The notes under the pieces are model-generated. The model did not search any database and was not told the origin of the DNA. It worked only from the letters and a program-made list of their open reading frames with translations. A stretch of 29,123 bases of DNA. It comes from Octopus sinensis. Its lineage: Eukaryota. Location: positions 1 through 29,123 of the forward strand of contig NW_021833147.1 of NCBI RefSeq assembly GCF_006345805.1, written 5' to 3'. Positions 9,701-20,571 of this stretch are shown here, piece after piece. The translations under genes and the position numbers were made by a program. Position 1 is the stretch's first letter, and each line of letters begins with the position of its first letter.

Positions 9701-10050
9701 TTATTATTATTATTATTATTTTTTGCGGGGAATGCGCCATTGGCGTAGGTAATATACAGAGATGGATTAAAGAAGCTTAAAGAAGGGGGAAACCAGCATT
9801 GAAGACAACTCATGCAATAGGTGACCATCATCTGTGACCACTGATACGAACCACCAACATGTGGATCAACTGTTCTGCATGGACAGACGAGTCATACTTC
9901 ATGAGTTCGTCGTACAACTGGACCTGTGGTCACCATGCATTACCAAAGATGGTGGAAGATTTAGGGTGTCATAAAGTTGTGTGCAAAGAAGGTACCTTGT
10001 TAGTTGACACCCGATTTAGAGAAGAGAAACACCCTTAACCAAAAAAAGGA

Positions 10051-11643
10051 GGATCTTTTTCGGTTTGACCGGCAGTTTTTTAAAATGATTTCCATGTAAC
10101 TAAACACTTTTTAACTTCGTATTCTGGTAGAATGTGTTTATAAAACATCTTTTTCTCTTGGCTTTATTGAGAAAATTCTATAGTTTGTAAGATATTTGTT
10201 GGTTTTTCTTCTTCAATTTCTGCAATTTCAACCAATCAATGATGTCTATTGAGGTAAAAACATTCTGTGCCGTATGAATATGTCCCTCGTTTAAGAAACA
10301 GATTGGGTTTATTTACATTTCTGAAGAAAAGAATATACCCTTCCCCCACCCCTAACCCTAACCCTAAAACAGATTGAAATGCAATAGATCGATACTAGGG
10401 TCATAATTATGGGTGACAATTCCATATGACCCGCTAGAAAAAACTGCCATTCAAACCGAAAAGATCCTAGATTGATTCTAGGGTCGTAATTATGGGTGAC
10501 AATTTCATATGACACCGCTAGAAAAAACTGCCATTCAAACCGAAAAGATCCTAGATCGATACTAGGGTCGTAATTATGGGTGACAATTTCATATGACACC
10601 GCTAGAAAAAACTGCCGTTCAAACCGAAAAGATCTTAGATCGATTCTAGGGTCATAATTATAGGTGACAATTTCATATGACACCACTAGAAAAAACTGCC
10701 ATTCAAACCGAAAAGATCCTACATCGATACTAGGGTCGTAATTATGGGTGACAATTTCATATGACATCGCTAGAAAAAACTGCCGTTCAAACCGAAAAGA
10801 TCCTAGATCGATTCTAGGGTCATAATTATGGGTGACAATTTCATATGACACCGCTAGAAAAAACTGCCATTCAAACCGAAAAGATCCTAGATCGATACTA
10901 GGGTCATAATTATGGGTGACAATTTCATATGACACCGCTAGAAAAAACTGCCGGACAAACCGAAAAGATCCTAGATCGATTCTAGGGTCATAATTATGGG
11001 TGACAATTTCATATGACACCGCTAGAAAAAACTGCCGGACAAACCGAAAAGATCCTAGATCGATTCTAGGGTCATAATTATGGGTGACAATTTCATATGA
11101 CACCGCTAGAAAAAATTGCCGGTCAAACCGAAAAGATCCTAGATCGATTCTAGGGTCATAATTATGGGTGGCAATTCCATATGACGCCGCTAGAAAAAAC
11201 TGCCGGTCAAACCGAAAAGATCCTAGATCGATTCTAGGGTCATAATTATGGGTGACAATTCCATATGACGCCGCTAGAAAAAACTGCCGGTCAAACCGAA
11301 AAGATCCTAGATCGATTCTAGGGTCATAATTATGGGTGACAATTTCATATGACGCCGCTAGAAAAAACTGCCGGTCAAACCGAAAAGATCCTAGATCGAT
11401 TCTAGGGTCATAATTATGGGTGACAATTCCATATGACACCGCTAGAAAAAACTGCCATTCAAACCGAAAAGATCCTAGATCGATTCTAGGGTCATAATTA
11501 TGGGTGACAATTCCATATGACACCGCTAGAAAAAACTGCCGGTCAAACCGAAAAGATCCTAGATCGATTCTAGGGTCATAATTATAGGTGACAATTCCAT
11601 ATGACACCGCTAGAAAAAACTGCCGGTCAAACCGAAAAGATCC
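10051..11643. mobile_element. MITE-like element with ~30-bp TIRs whose right end is tandemly amplified
   Basis: Left TIR ggatctttttcggtttgaccggcagttttt (10051-10080); right aaaaactgccggtcaaaccgaaaagatcc ending at 11643; internal (CCCTAA)3 at 10350-10367. Confidence 0.8.
10384..11643. repeat. 84-bp tandem array, about 15 units
   Basis: ctagggtc recurs at 10562, 10646, 10730 ... 11570; the 28-aa periodicity of the minus-strand ORF matches. Confidence 0.97.
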
Positions 11644-11766
11644 CGTGGGTGGATCTGTTTGAAACTCCCTCCCAAACTGTCTTTACACTCGGACAGCATT
11701 TCCAAACTTCCAGTAACACTTTAGGATAAATTTCCTTTGTTCAAAGCTTAGCCTGGCTTTGTTCAT
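11644..11766 (-). pseudogene. Tc1/mariner-superfamily transposase N-terminal fragment (DUF4817-type HTH)
   Basis: MNKARLSFEQRKFILKCYWKFGNAVRV*RQFGREFQTDPPT with one in-frame stop; cut exactly at the MITE right end. Confidence 0.75.
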
Positions 11767-12029
11767 TATTTCTAATGGCTGAATTCTAAAAAAGAACTGA
11801 AAATTAAGTGTCTTATCAGCAATTGAAGTGAATATACGGACTTTTTGTTTTGTGGAGGGGGGGGAACCCTCTATATGTGTGTGTGTGTGTGTGTGGTGTG
11901 TGTGTGTACCTCTCTCTCTCTTTCTCTCTCTTTCTTCTCCGAGCATCATATTAATACATTGTTTGTACTACATTCTCTTTTTGCTTTTTCTGTATTTTAC
12001 TTTTTTTCTGTTTTTTTAATCAATTATGT

Positions 12030-12287
12030 TGTGTATACATATACATATATTATATATATATATATATATATATACATACATACATACATACATATATATA
12101 TGTATATATATTATATTATATATAACATATATATATATATGGTAATATATATGTATATTATATATACGTTTGTGTATATATATATATATGTAATGTATAA
12201 TATATACGTTTAATATATATATATATATATATATAATATATATATATATACGTTTATATATCTATATACGTTTATATATATATAATG
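12030..12287. repeat. (TA)n-rich microsatellite
   Basis: Directly visible; similar tracts continue at 12680-12850. Confidence 0.95.
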
Positions 12288-12678
12288 ATCAGAATCGAAA
12301 TCGATCAATGGAAATTGCAGATGTTGTTACCAGTGCCGGTGGCATGTAAGAGAACTTTCCGTTTCGCGAACCGTTGCCAGCACCGCCCCGTTTCGTGTCC
12401 GTTGCCAGCCTCGCCTGGCCCTCGTGCCGGTGGCACATAAAAAGCACCATCCGTTCGTGGAGTTTGCCAGCTCTGTCTGGCACCAGTCGCGGGTGGCACG
12501 TAAAAAGCACCCAGCACACTCACGGAGTGGTTGGCGTTAGGAAGGGCATCCAGCCGTAGAAACACTGCCAGATTTGACTGGGCCTGATGAAGCCTTCTGG
12601 CTTCACAGACCCCAGTAGAACCGTCCAACCCATGCTAGCATGGAAAACGGACGCTAAACGATGATGATGATGATGATG
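12288..12678 (+). mobile_element. 5'-truncated RTE-type LINE 3' UTR with (GAT)n tail
   Basis: Internal repeats of g.ggtggcac.taaaaagcacc; terminal ggttggcgttaggaagggcatccagccgtagaaac...ccatgctagcatggaaaacggacgctaaacgatgatgatg, typical of RTE 3' ends. Confidence 0.8.
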
Positions 12679-13629
12679 AATGTATATACGTATATATAAT
12701 ATATATATATATATACGTTTATATATATATAATGTATATAGTTATATATATATAATATATATATATATATGTAATATATATATATTACGTTTATACATAT
12801 ATAGTTATATACATATGATATATATATATGCATATATAATATGTGTCTATATATACCACGGTGTTTTCTCACGTGAAATAAAATCTCATAATTAGCTGAA
12901 TCAACAGGAAAAAAATAACAAACAAACAAACAAACATACACGTAATATAAACGCACACACACACTACACTCACACACACACCAACACACACACACACACA
13001 CACTTCACTCCCCGTAATGACACTTAACAGGGGCAATATATAATTCTGACGTCTTGACAACTGAGGTTTTTTTTCTTAGTTTGTGTTGTTGTTTTTTACA
13101 TAATAATGGCTCTGAACCTAACAGCAGATGTGATTAAAAGACTTTTCCTACAGTACACACATATACACACATTATATATATATATATATATATATATGTT
13201 ACATGTGTGTGTTTGAAGTCGAAAGCCATCGGAAATTGTGTCTGTCTAATATGAAAATAGTGGCCATTTATGGAATTACATATACTACGTCGACCATTAA
13301 ATTAGCAATTTTGTAACGAAGTAGATATTCTTTACTTTTTTTTTATATCTTATGTATGTATATATATGTGTATATATGTATATATGAATGTATACATGAG
13401 CAGGCACACACACGCACACACACATATATATATACACATATATATATATATACACATATATCCACATATCTGTATCATACTAAAATGCGATGGCTAAGTA
13501 ATGAACGATCATCTTTATTAACTGCATTGGCTCACGGCTGTTTCTGCTACAGGAAGCAGTGCGCTCATAGTTGGGTACCTGAGTAACACCTCATAGCTTC
13601 ATCGGAGCCTCGTATATCTGCATCCCCAC

Positions 13630-13915
13630 ATTTTCGTTGCCAAACAGCTAAGTTACGGGGACGTAAAAAAACCAACAGCGGTTGCGAAGTTACCTTTTCA
13701 ACCACACGGTTTTCGGTTCGGTTCCCACCGCGTGACCTCCTCAGACAAGTGTCTTCTACTACATACCCTGGGTGGGGTACTGTTATTCATTTATTTATTT
13801 TTGTCAGGTATTTATTGTATTGATCTCTTTTCCCAAACCGCAACGTTACTGGGACATAAACAAACCAACACCTGTTGCCAAGCAGTGGGGGGGGGGGAAA
13901 GGACATGAAAAACAC
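13630..13915. mobile_element. Degraded, scrambled SINE-A fragments
   Basis: ctaagttacggggacgtaaa (-), ggttcggttcccaccgcgtg...caagtgtcttctacta (+), gggacataaacaaaccaacacc (-). Confidence 0.6.
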
Positions 13916-14051
13916 ACATACATACATGTATCTACGTGTGTGCGTATGCATGTATGTATGTTTGTGTGTATAGATAGATAGATAGACAGACAGACAGATA
14001 GATAGAGAAAGATATATATATATATATATAGACAGACAGATAGATAGATAT

Positions 14052-14549
14052 GTTTCTTTATTAGCCACACAGGGCTGCACACAGACAGGACAAATTACAA
14101 GGTAGAGCTTTTCTTTTGGGGGTAAAAAAGGGGGTTTGGTTTTCGATCAAAAGGGATCGTAAAGGGAAAGAAAGAGGACAAAAAAGGGGGGAATAAAATT
14201 TAAAAAAGGGGGGGGAATTGATCAATAGGGATCGTTATCACAGAAATCTCAATATGAAGTGTAACGGGGAGGACAGGTGACGTTTACCCGTGGAAAGAAA
14301 AGCTTACGGAAAAGACCACGGTAACCTCGGTCAATGAAGTCACATGTTATATTTCTTTTTTTTTTTTTTTGAAAATAAGCAACTCTCTGTATTAATTTTT
14401 ATGGTTCATAGAATCATAGTCAAGGTGGCTTCGTCATTCATACGTGCCATCCTTGCTACATTCACCCATCTTTTTTTAAAACATTCACTAGACAAAACTT
14501 GCCTCTCTACTCTCACTTTCCTCTTCAAGTGATACTTGAAGAAGTTGAT
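14052..14549 (-). mobile_element. 5'-truncated L1/Tx1-like LINE 3' end (ORF2 C-terminus plus 3' UTR)
   Basis: Minus-strand 14549-14406 reads INFFKYHLKRKVRVERQVLSSECFKKRWVNVARMARMNDEATLTMIL*, resembling the Tx1 C-terminal 'R.ER..L....F...W' pattern; UTR ends aataaagaaac; GATA repeats on both sides. Confidence 0.65.
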
Positions 14550-14567
14550 AGATAGATAGATAGATAG

Positions 14568-14636
<69 letters not shown>

Positions 14637-14675
14637 TAGACAGATAGATAGATAGATAGATAGATAGATATAGAC

Positions 14676-14753
<78 letters not shown>

Positions 14754-14836
14754 TCAGACAGACATATAGATAGATAGACAGATAGATAGATAGATATAGA
14801 CAGATAGATAGATAGATATAGACAGATAGATAGATT

Positions 14837-14908
<72 letters not shown>

Positions 14909-14909
14909 T

Positions 14910-14940
<31 letters not shown>

Positions 14941-15040
14941 TAGACAGATAGATAGATAGATATAGACAGATAGATAGATTGATAGATAGATAGATAGAGA
15001 GACAGATAGATAGATAGGTAGGTAGGTAGGTAGGTAGATG
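14547..15040. repeat. (GATA)n/(GACA)n microsatellite with internal duplication
   Basis: Directly visible. Confidence 0.97.
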
Positions 15041-15090
15041 TGTGTGTGTGTAGGATGGTCTGCTGCCAGCTGTGTGTAGAGAGTGCAATG

Positions 15091-15129
<39 letters not shown>

Positions 15130-15339
15130 CTAGACAAACTGACATTAAACGTCCATCAAATGAATCCAGTGCATAAACTGTGCACCGCAAACTGCACAGC
15201 AACAGCAGTTGCAGACACACAGACAACTAACCTTTCTTTTTTATTTATTTGTTTCATTGATGATTGGTTATAATTGTACTGGAATGGTTCAACGTCGGGG
15301 TGGTGGCGGCGGCGGCGGTGGTGGTGGTGGTCTCGTATC

Positions 15340-15517
15340 ACATACACACACATACACACACATATGCATACACACACATATACGCACAATATGCTTCAAA
15401 AATCTCTTTCGTTTTCCTTATTCCTCACTCACTCTCTCTCATTCTCCTCCTCTCTCTCTCTTTCTCCCTCTCTTTCTTATTCTTCTCTCCTATCTCTCTC
15501 TTATTCTCGCTCTCTCT

Positions 15518-15555
<38 letters not shown>

Positions 15556-15730
15556 CACATGCAAAGTCTCAGATGTCTCTCCCTCACTCTTACATACACA
15601 GACACACACACACAGACACACACATACATATACGCACAATATGCTTCAAAAATCTCTTTCGTTTTCCTTATCACTCACTTTCTCTCATTCTCCCTATATC
15701 TCTCTCACTCTCTCTCATTCTCCTCCTCCT

Positions 15731-15781
<51 letters not shown>

Positions 15782-15926
15782 TCTCTGTCACACACACACA
15801 ACACACACACATGCCTGCACTTCCAAGTCTCACGCACACATGCACACACACATGCATGTATGCATTCCAAGTACCATACACACACACATTGTCTCAAGTC
15901 TCTTTCTCTCATTCTCTCTCTTTCTC

Positions 15927-15966
<40 letters not shown>

Positions 15967-16235
15967 TACACACACACATATATTCCTGCATTTCAAGTCA
16001 TGTCCACATACTGTCTCAATTCTTTCTTTCTCTCTCTTTTTCTCTCTCCCTCTCTCCCTTCCTCTCTCTCACAGTCACACACATACACAAACACACACAT
16101 TATCTCAAATCTCTCTCTCTCTCACATATACACACACATATACACACTCACACATTGTTTCAGTTCTTTATATCTCTCTGTCTGTCTGTCTGTCTCTAAC
16201 ACACACACACACACATACACAAACACATGTATACA

Positions 16236-16275
<40 letters not shown>
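15340..16275. repeat. Compound (CT)n/(CA)n region with a duplicated block
   Basis: catatacgcacaatatgcttcaaaaatctctttcgttttcctta occurs near 15377 and 15627. Confidence 0.92.
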
Positions 16276-16276
<1 letters not shown>

Positions 16277-16334
16277 TGTCTTAAGCCAATAACAGCAACA
16301 AACCCCCCATGGGTAACCTCTATGTAGTCACACA

Positions 16335-16995
16335 TGCTAGAAACACCAGATAAATCTCACTCAACTCACACTCAAATCACACTTGACCATTTTCTGAAAA
16401 AATGTCTTGGCTATATGTCTACTAGACACAAGCTGACCTGGGGCTAAACAACACAACTGGAACATCTTTGATCATAGGTCTGTCTGATCAGGGCTCACCT
16501 GGGGCTAAACAACAAGAACAAGAAAGGACACATTAGATAATGTAGTCCTAGATACACTACGCCTGAATAAAAGACATGATGGTCACAGCTGGAACATCTC
16601 TGATCATAGGCCTACTGGATCAGGACTGACCTGGGGCTAAACAGCAAGGAAGGACACATTAGATAATGTAGTCCTAGATACACTATGCCTGAATAAAAGA
16701 CATGATGGTCACAGCTGGAACATCTCTGATCATAGGCCTACTGGATCAGGACTGACCTGGGGCTAAACAGCAAGGAAGGACACATTAGATAATGTAGTCC
16801 TAGATACACTACGCCTGAATAAAAGACATGATGGTCACAGCTGGAACATCTCTGATCATAGGCCTACTGGATCAGGACTGACCTGGGGCTAAACAGCAAG
16901 GAAGGACACATTAGATAATGTAGTCCTAGATACACTATGCCTGAATAAAAGACAGGATGGTCACAGCTGGAACATCTTTGCTAATAGGTCTACTG
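16335..16995 (+). repeat. (CAA)n-tailed retroposon 3' end amplified into about 4 tandem 126-bp units
   Basis: ggacacattagataatg at 16526, 16652, 16778 and 16904; units end ctgacctggggctaaacag/aac. Confidence 0.92.
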
Positions 16996-17047
16996 ATGTC
17001 TTTTCCAAACATTTGCAAGACGTTTGCAAGACTAACCTTAAAGTAAA

Positions 17048-18710
17048 TGTCATCATCATCATTATCATCATCATCATCATCCTCGCCGCTGCCACCACCA
17101 CCACCGGCATCTTCATCATCATCGTCATCATCGTCGTCGTCATTATTATCATAAACTGAAATAGCAAATAACTCCAGGCTGTTTGAATAGCTAGACAGAC
17201 AGACAGACAGACACACACACAAATCTCTGGAGTTTACTGAAAAAGTTTTACGTTCCATATAATTACTTTTAGCACTGTTGGTGGTGGTGGTGGTGGTGAT
17301 GAAGATGGTGGTGGTGGTGGTGGCGGCGGTGGTGGTGGTGGTGATGAAGATGGTGGTGGTGGTGGTGGCGGCGGTGGTGGTGGTGGTGATGGTGGTGGTG
17401 ATAGTGGTTGTGGTGGTGGTGGTGATGTAGATGGTGGTGGTGGTGGTGGCGGCGGTGGTGGTGGTGGTGGTGGTGGTGATAGTGGTTATGGTGGTGATGG
17501 TGGTGATGGTGGTGGTGATGAAGATGGTGGTGGTGGTGGTGGTGGTGGTGGTGGTGGTGGTGGTGGTGGTGGTGGTGGTGATGAAGATGGTGGTGGTGGT
17601 GGTGGTGGTGGTGGTGGCGGTGGTGGTGGTGGTGGTGGTGGTGGTTGTGGTGGTAGTGGTGGTGGTGGTGGTGGTGGTGGTGATGAAGATGGTGGTGGTG
17701 GTGGTGGTGTGGTGGTGGTGGTGGTGGTGGTGGTGGTGGTGATGAAGATGGTGGTGGTGGTGGTGGCGGCGGTGGTGGTGGTGGTGATGGTGGTGGTGAT
17801 AGTGGTTGTGGTTGTGGTGGGTTGATGTAGATGGTGGTGGTGGTGGTGGCGGCGGCGGTGGTGGTGGTGGTGGTGTGTGATAGTGGTTTATGGGTGGTGA
17901 TGGGGTGATGGTGGTGGTGATGAAGATGGTTGTGTGGTGGTGGTGGTGGTGTGGTGGTGGTGGTGGTGGTGGTGGTGATGAAGATGGTGGTGTGGTGGTG
18001 GTGGTGGTGGTGGTGGCGGTGGTGTGGGGGGGTGGGGGTGGTTGTGGTGTAGTGTGGTGGTGGTGGTGGTGGTGGTGATGAAGATGGTGGTGGTGGTGGT
18101 GGTGTTGGTGGTGGTGGTGGTGGTGGTGGTGGTGGTGATGAAGATGGTGGTGGTGGTGGTGGCGGCGGTGGTGGTGGTGGTGATGTGGTGTGATAGTGGT
18201 TGTGGTGTGTGGTGATGTAGATGGTGGTGGTGGTGGTGGCGGCGGTGGTGGTGGTGGTGGTGTGGGGTGATAGTGGTTATGTGGTGGTATGGTGGTGATG
18301 GTGGTGGTGATGAAGATGGTGGTGGTGGTGTGGTGGTGGTGGTGGTGTTGGTGGTGGTGGTGGTGGTGGTGGTTGGTGGTGGTGATGAAGATGGTGGTGG
18401 TGGTGGTGGTGGTGGTGGTGGCGGTGGTGGTAGTGTGTGTTGTGTGGTGTGGTGGTAGTGGTGGTGGTGGTGGTGGTGGTGGTGTGGTGGTGGCGGTGGC
18501 GGTGGTGGTGGTGGTAGTGTGTGGGGAGGGGTGCTGCTGTTGCTGGTGATAATGATGATGGTGGTGATGATGAAGATGGCAGTGGGGGCTGTGGGAGCGG
18601 CGGTGGTGGTGGTGATGGGACGATTGTAATGATGATGATAATGATGGCAGTGATGATGGTGATGGTGGTGGTGCTACTGCTGATGATGATGATGATGCTG
18701 CTGATATATA
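17048..18710. repeat. (GGT)n/(GAT)n trinucleotide expansion with recurring GATGAAGAT punctuation
   Basis: About 1.6 kb of GGT/GAT/CAT runs; source of the spurious 616-aa ORF. Confidence 0.97.
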
Positions 18711-19203
18711 TAGTTGTATAGCCCCAGGCCAGCTCTGATCCACAAGTCCTATACCAGGCAGATAATTGACCAAACAGCCAAACACAACTCACAGCTTTAT
18801 CATTCATGTCTCCACCGACCTGAACACTGCTGCACTGCACTGCACAGTTCAACATGCAGTGATGCATCATATGATGTGCAGCATTGCAGTATAGACATGT
18901 GGCACTCTCTCCACCACCCTGTCAGTTTCTGAGGTGGACATTAAACGACGACGATGATGATGATGATGAAGTCAATACTGTGTCCTACCTGTGTTAGCAG
19001 TGTGATTCAGTCACTCTTCAAAGTTATCTCTACAGACTTTCTATGACAACGAGAGCCAGCACTGAAAGTGTCCCTACCCACAATTAATATATAAGTACCA
19101 CTTGCCAGGAATGATTTAATGTATAAAATTGGTCAATCCAATAATATTTCATCACTAAATTTAGTGGTTATTTAAGTAATGAGTTTGTGGATGGGTAATG
19201 TGT

Positions 19204-19256
19204 TGGATGAGTACTGATGAAGGAGCAAAAACTCCTGAAATATGTATATACATCCA
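19204..19256 (+). ncRNA. Type I hammerhead ribozyme motif with intact core
   Basis: tggat-ga-gta CTGATGA aggag caaaaa ctcct GAAA tatgta TA tacatcca: stem I 8 bp with a 2-nt bulge, stem II 5 bp, near-palindromic stem III ATATGTAT, AUA cleavage triplet after 19248. Confidence 0.75.
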
Positions 19257-19302
19257 CTATCTATTTTGCTATCTTCAGTCACATTGTTTACATTGCTGTA
19301 TC

Positions 19303-19686
19303 CTCTTTTACTCTTTTACTTGTTTCAGTCATTTGACTGCGGCCATGCTGGAGCACCGCCTTTAGTCGAGCAACTCGACCCCGGGACTTATTCTTTTGTA
19401 AGCCCAGTACTTATTCTATCGGTCTCTTTTGCCGAACCGCTAAGTGACGGGGACGTAAACACACCAGCATCGGTTGTCAAGCAATGCTAGGGGGACAAAC
19501 ACAGACACACAAACACACACACATACATACATATATATATATAAATATACGATGGGCTTCTTTCAGTTTCCGTCTACCAAATCCACTCACAAGGCATTGG
19601 CTGGCCCGAGGCTATAGCAGAAGACCTGAACCCAGAACCATGTGGTTGGTTAGCAAGCTACTTACCACACAGCCACTCCTGCGCCT
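19303..19686 (-). mobile_element. SINE family A with a short internal deletion
   Basis: Complete ends; lacks acttgcccaaggtgccacgcagtggga. Confidence 0.94.
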
Positions 19687-19938
19687 AAATTCTAAAGAAA
19701 ATTCTAAATTCTATAGAAAATCTGTTGATATAACTTAAAGAAGAGCAATCTGAATCTCAAAGGGTTAATCTTTTTTCTGGACTGATTGGGAGAGACAGTG
19801 TTGTGGGAAGGTGTCGTAGTCGTGTGTGGAGTGAGTAGGAGAGGTAGTGTTGTGGGGTGGTGTTGTAGTCGTGTTGTGGGGTGTTGTTTGGATGCTGTTG
19901 TAGATGCATGTAGACTGAAAAGGGGAGATAGTATAGTG

Positions 19939-20563
19939 CAGTGATTTTCAACCAGGGTTCCGCAGAACCTTAGGGTTCCGCCAGTACAGTCCAGGGGTTC
20001 CGCAAGAAGTTACAAAACTGCTAAAATCGGCAGTAACTTTTAATTCTCCTGTGCAGATATCTCTTTTACTCTTTTACTTGTTTCAGTCATTTGACTGCGG
20101 CCATGCTGGAGCACCACCTTTAGTCGAGCAAATCGACCCTGGGACTTATTCTTTGTAAGCCCAGTACTTATTCTATCGGTCTCTTTTGCCGAACTGCTAA
20201 GTGACGGGGACGTAAACACACCAGCATCGGTTGTCAAGCAATGCTAGGGGGACAAACACAGACACACAAACACATACATATATATATATACATATATATG
20301 ACAGGCTTCTTTCAGTTTCCGTCTACCAAATCCACTCACAAGGCATTGGGCGGCCCGGAGCTATAGTAGAAGACACTTGCCCAAGGTGCCATGCAGTGGG
20401 ACTGAACCCGGAACCATGTGGTTGGTTAGCAAGCTACTTACCACACAGCCACTCCTGTGCAGATATGTGTGCATAAGACTATTAAATTATTGCACAGGGG
20501 TTCCTCGAGCCAGTGGAATGGTTCCTTAGGGTTCCGCTCCAGCAAAAAGGTTGAAAAGCACTG
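19939..20563. mobile_element. hAT (Charlie-like) MITE with 8-bp TSD
   Basis: TIRs cagtgattttcaacc / ggttgaaaagcactg; TSD gtatagtg at 19931-19938 and 20564-20571; subterminal gggttccg repeats. Confidence 0.92.
20061..20457 (-). mobile_element. SINE family A nested in the hAT MITE
   Basis: Flanked by ctcctgtgcagatat at 20046-20060 and 20452-20466. Confidence 0.95.
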
Positions 20564-20571
20564 GTATAGTG

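Larger units (their letters stand above)
8868..10035 (+). pseudogene. Fossil mariner transposon (degenerate 5' TIR plus N-terminal transposase), split by two SINEs
   Basis: TIR-like tgaaagttatcccgaaagtaagg (~8870); KQKQRTVIEFFMKKG (~9009-9053); after the SINEs CGECAIGVGNIQRWIK..KEG.TSIEDN..R*PSSVTTD..HVDQL..DRRV and EDLGCHKV, matching mariner HTH region motifs. Frameshifts are present. Confidence 0.8.

Noticed and set aside
10350-10367. (CCCTAA)3 as an interstitial telomere
   Set aside because: Only three units, internal to the MITE.
10309-11607. 432-aa ORF with a 28-aa repeat
   Set aside because: Reading of the 84-bp MITE-end array; the unit contains the TIR and length divisible by three explains the open frame. 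Translation cannot be excluded without expression data.
12584-12605. CTGATGAAGCC-ttct-GGCTTCA as a fifth hammerhead
   Set aside because: The hairpin is not followed by GAAA and no stem I or III partner is visible; it is part of the RTE 3' UTR.
16935-18785. 616-aa His/Thr/Pro-rich minus-strand ORF
   Set aside because: Translation of (CAC/CAT)n trinucleotide repeats that lack stops by composition; no domain or splice support.
19690-19770. piggyBac-like end (aaagggttaa)
   Set aside because: No matching left TIR found; too short to call.
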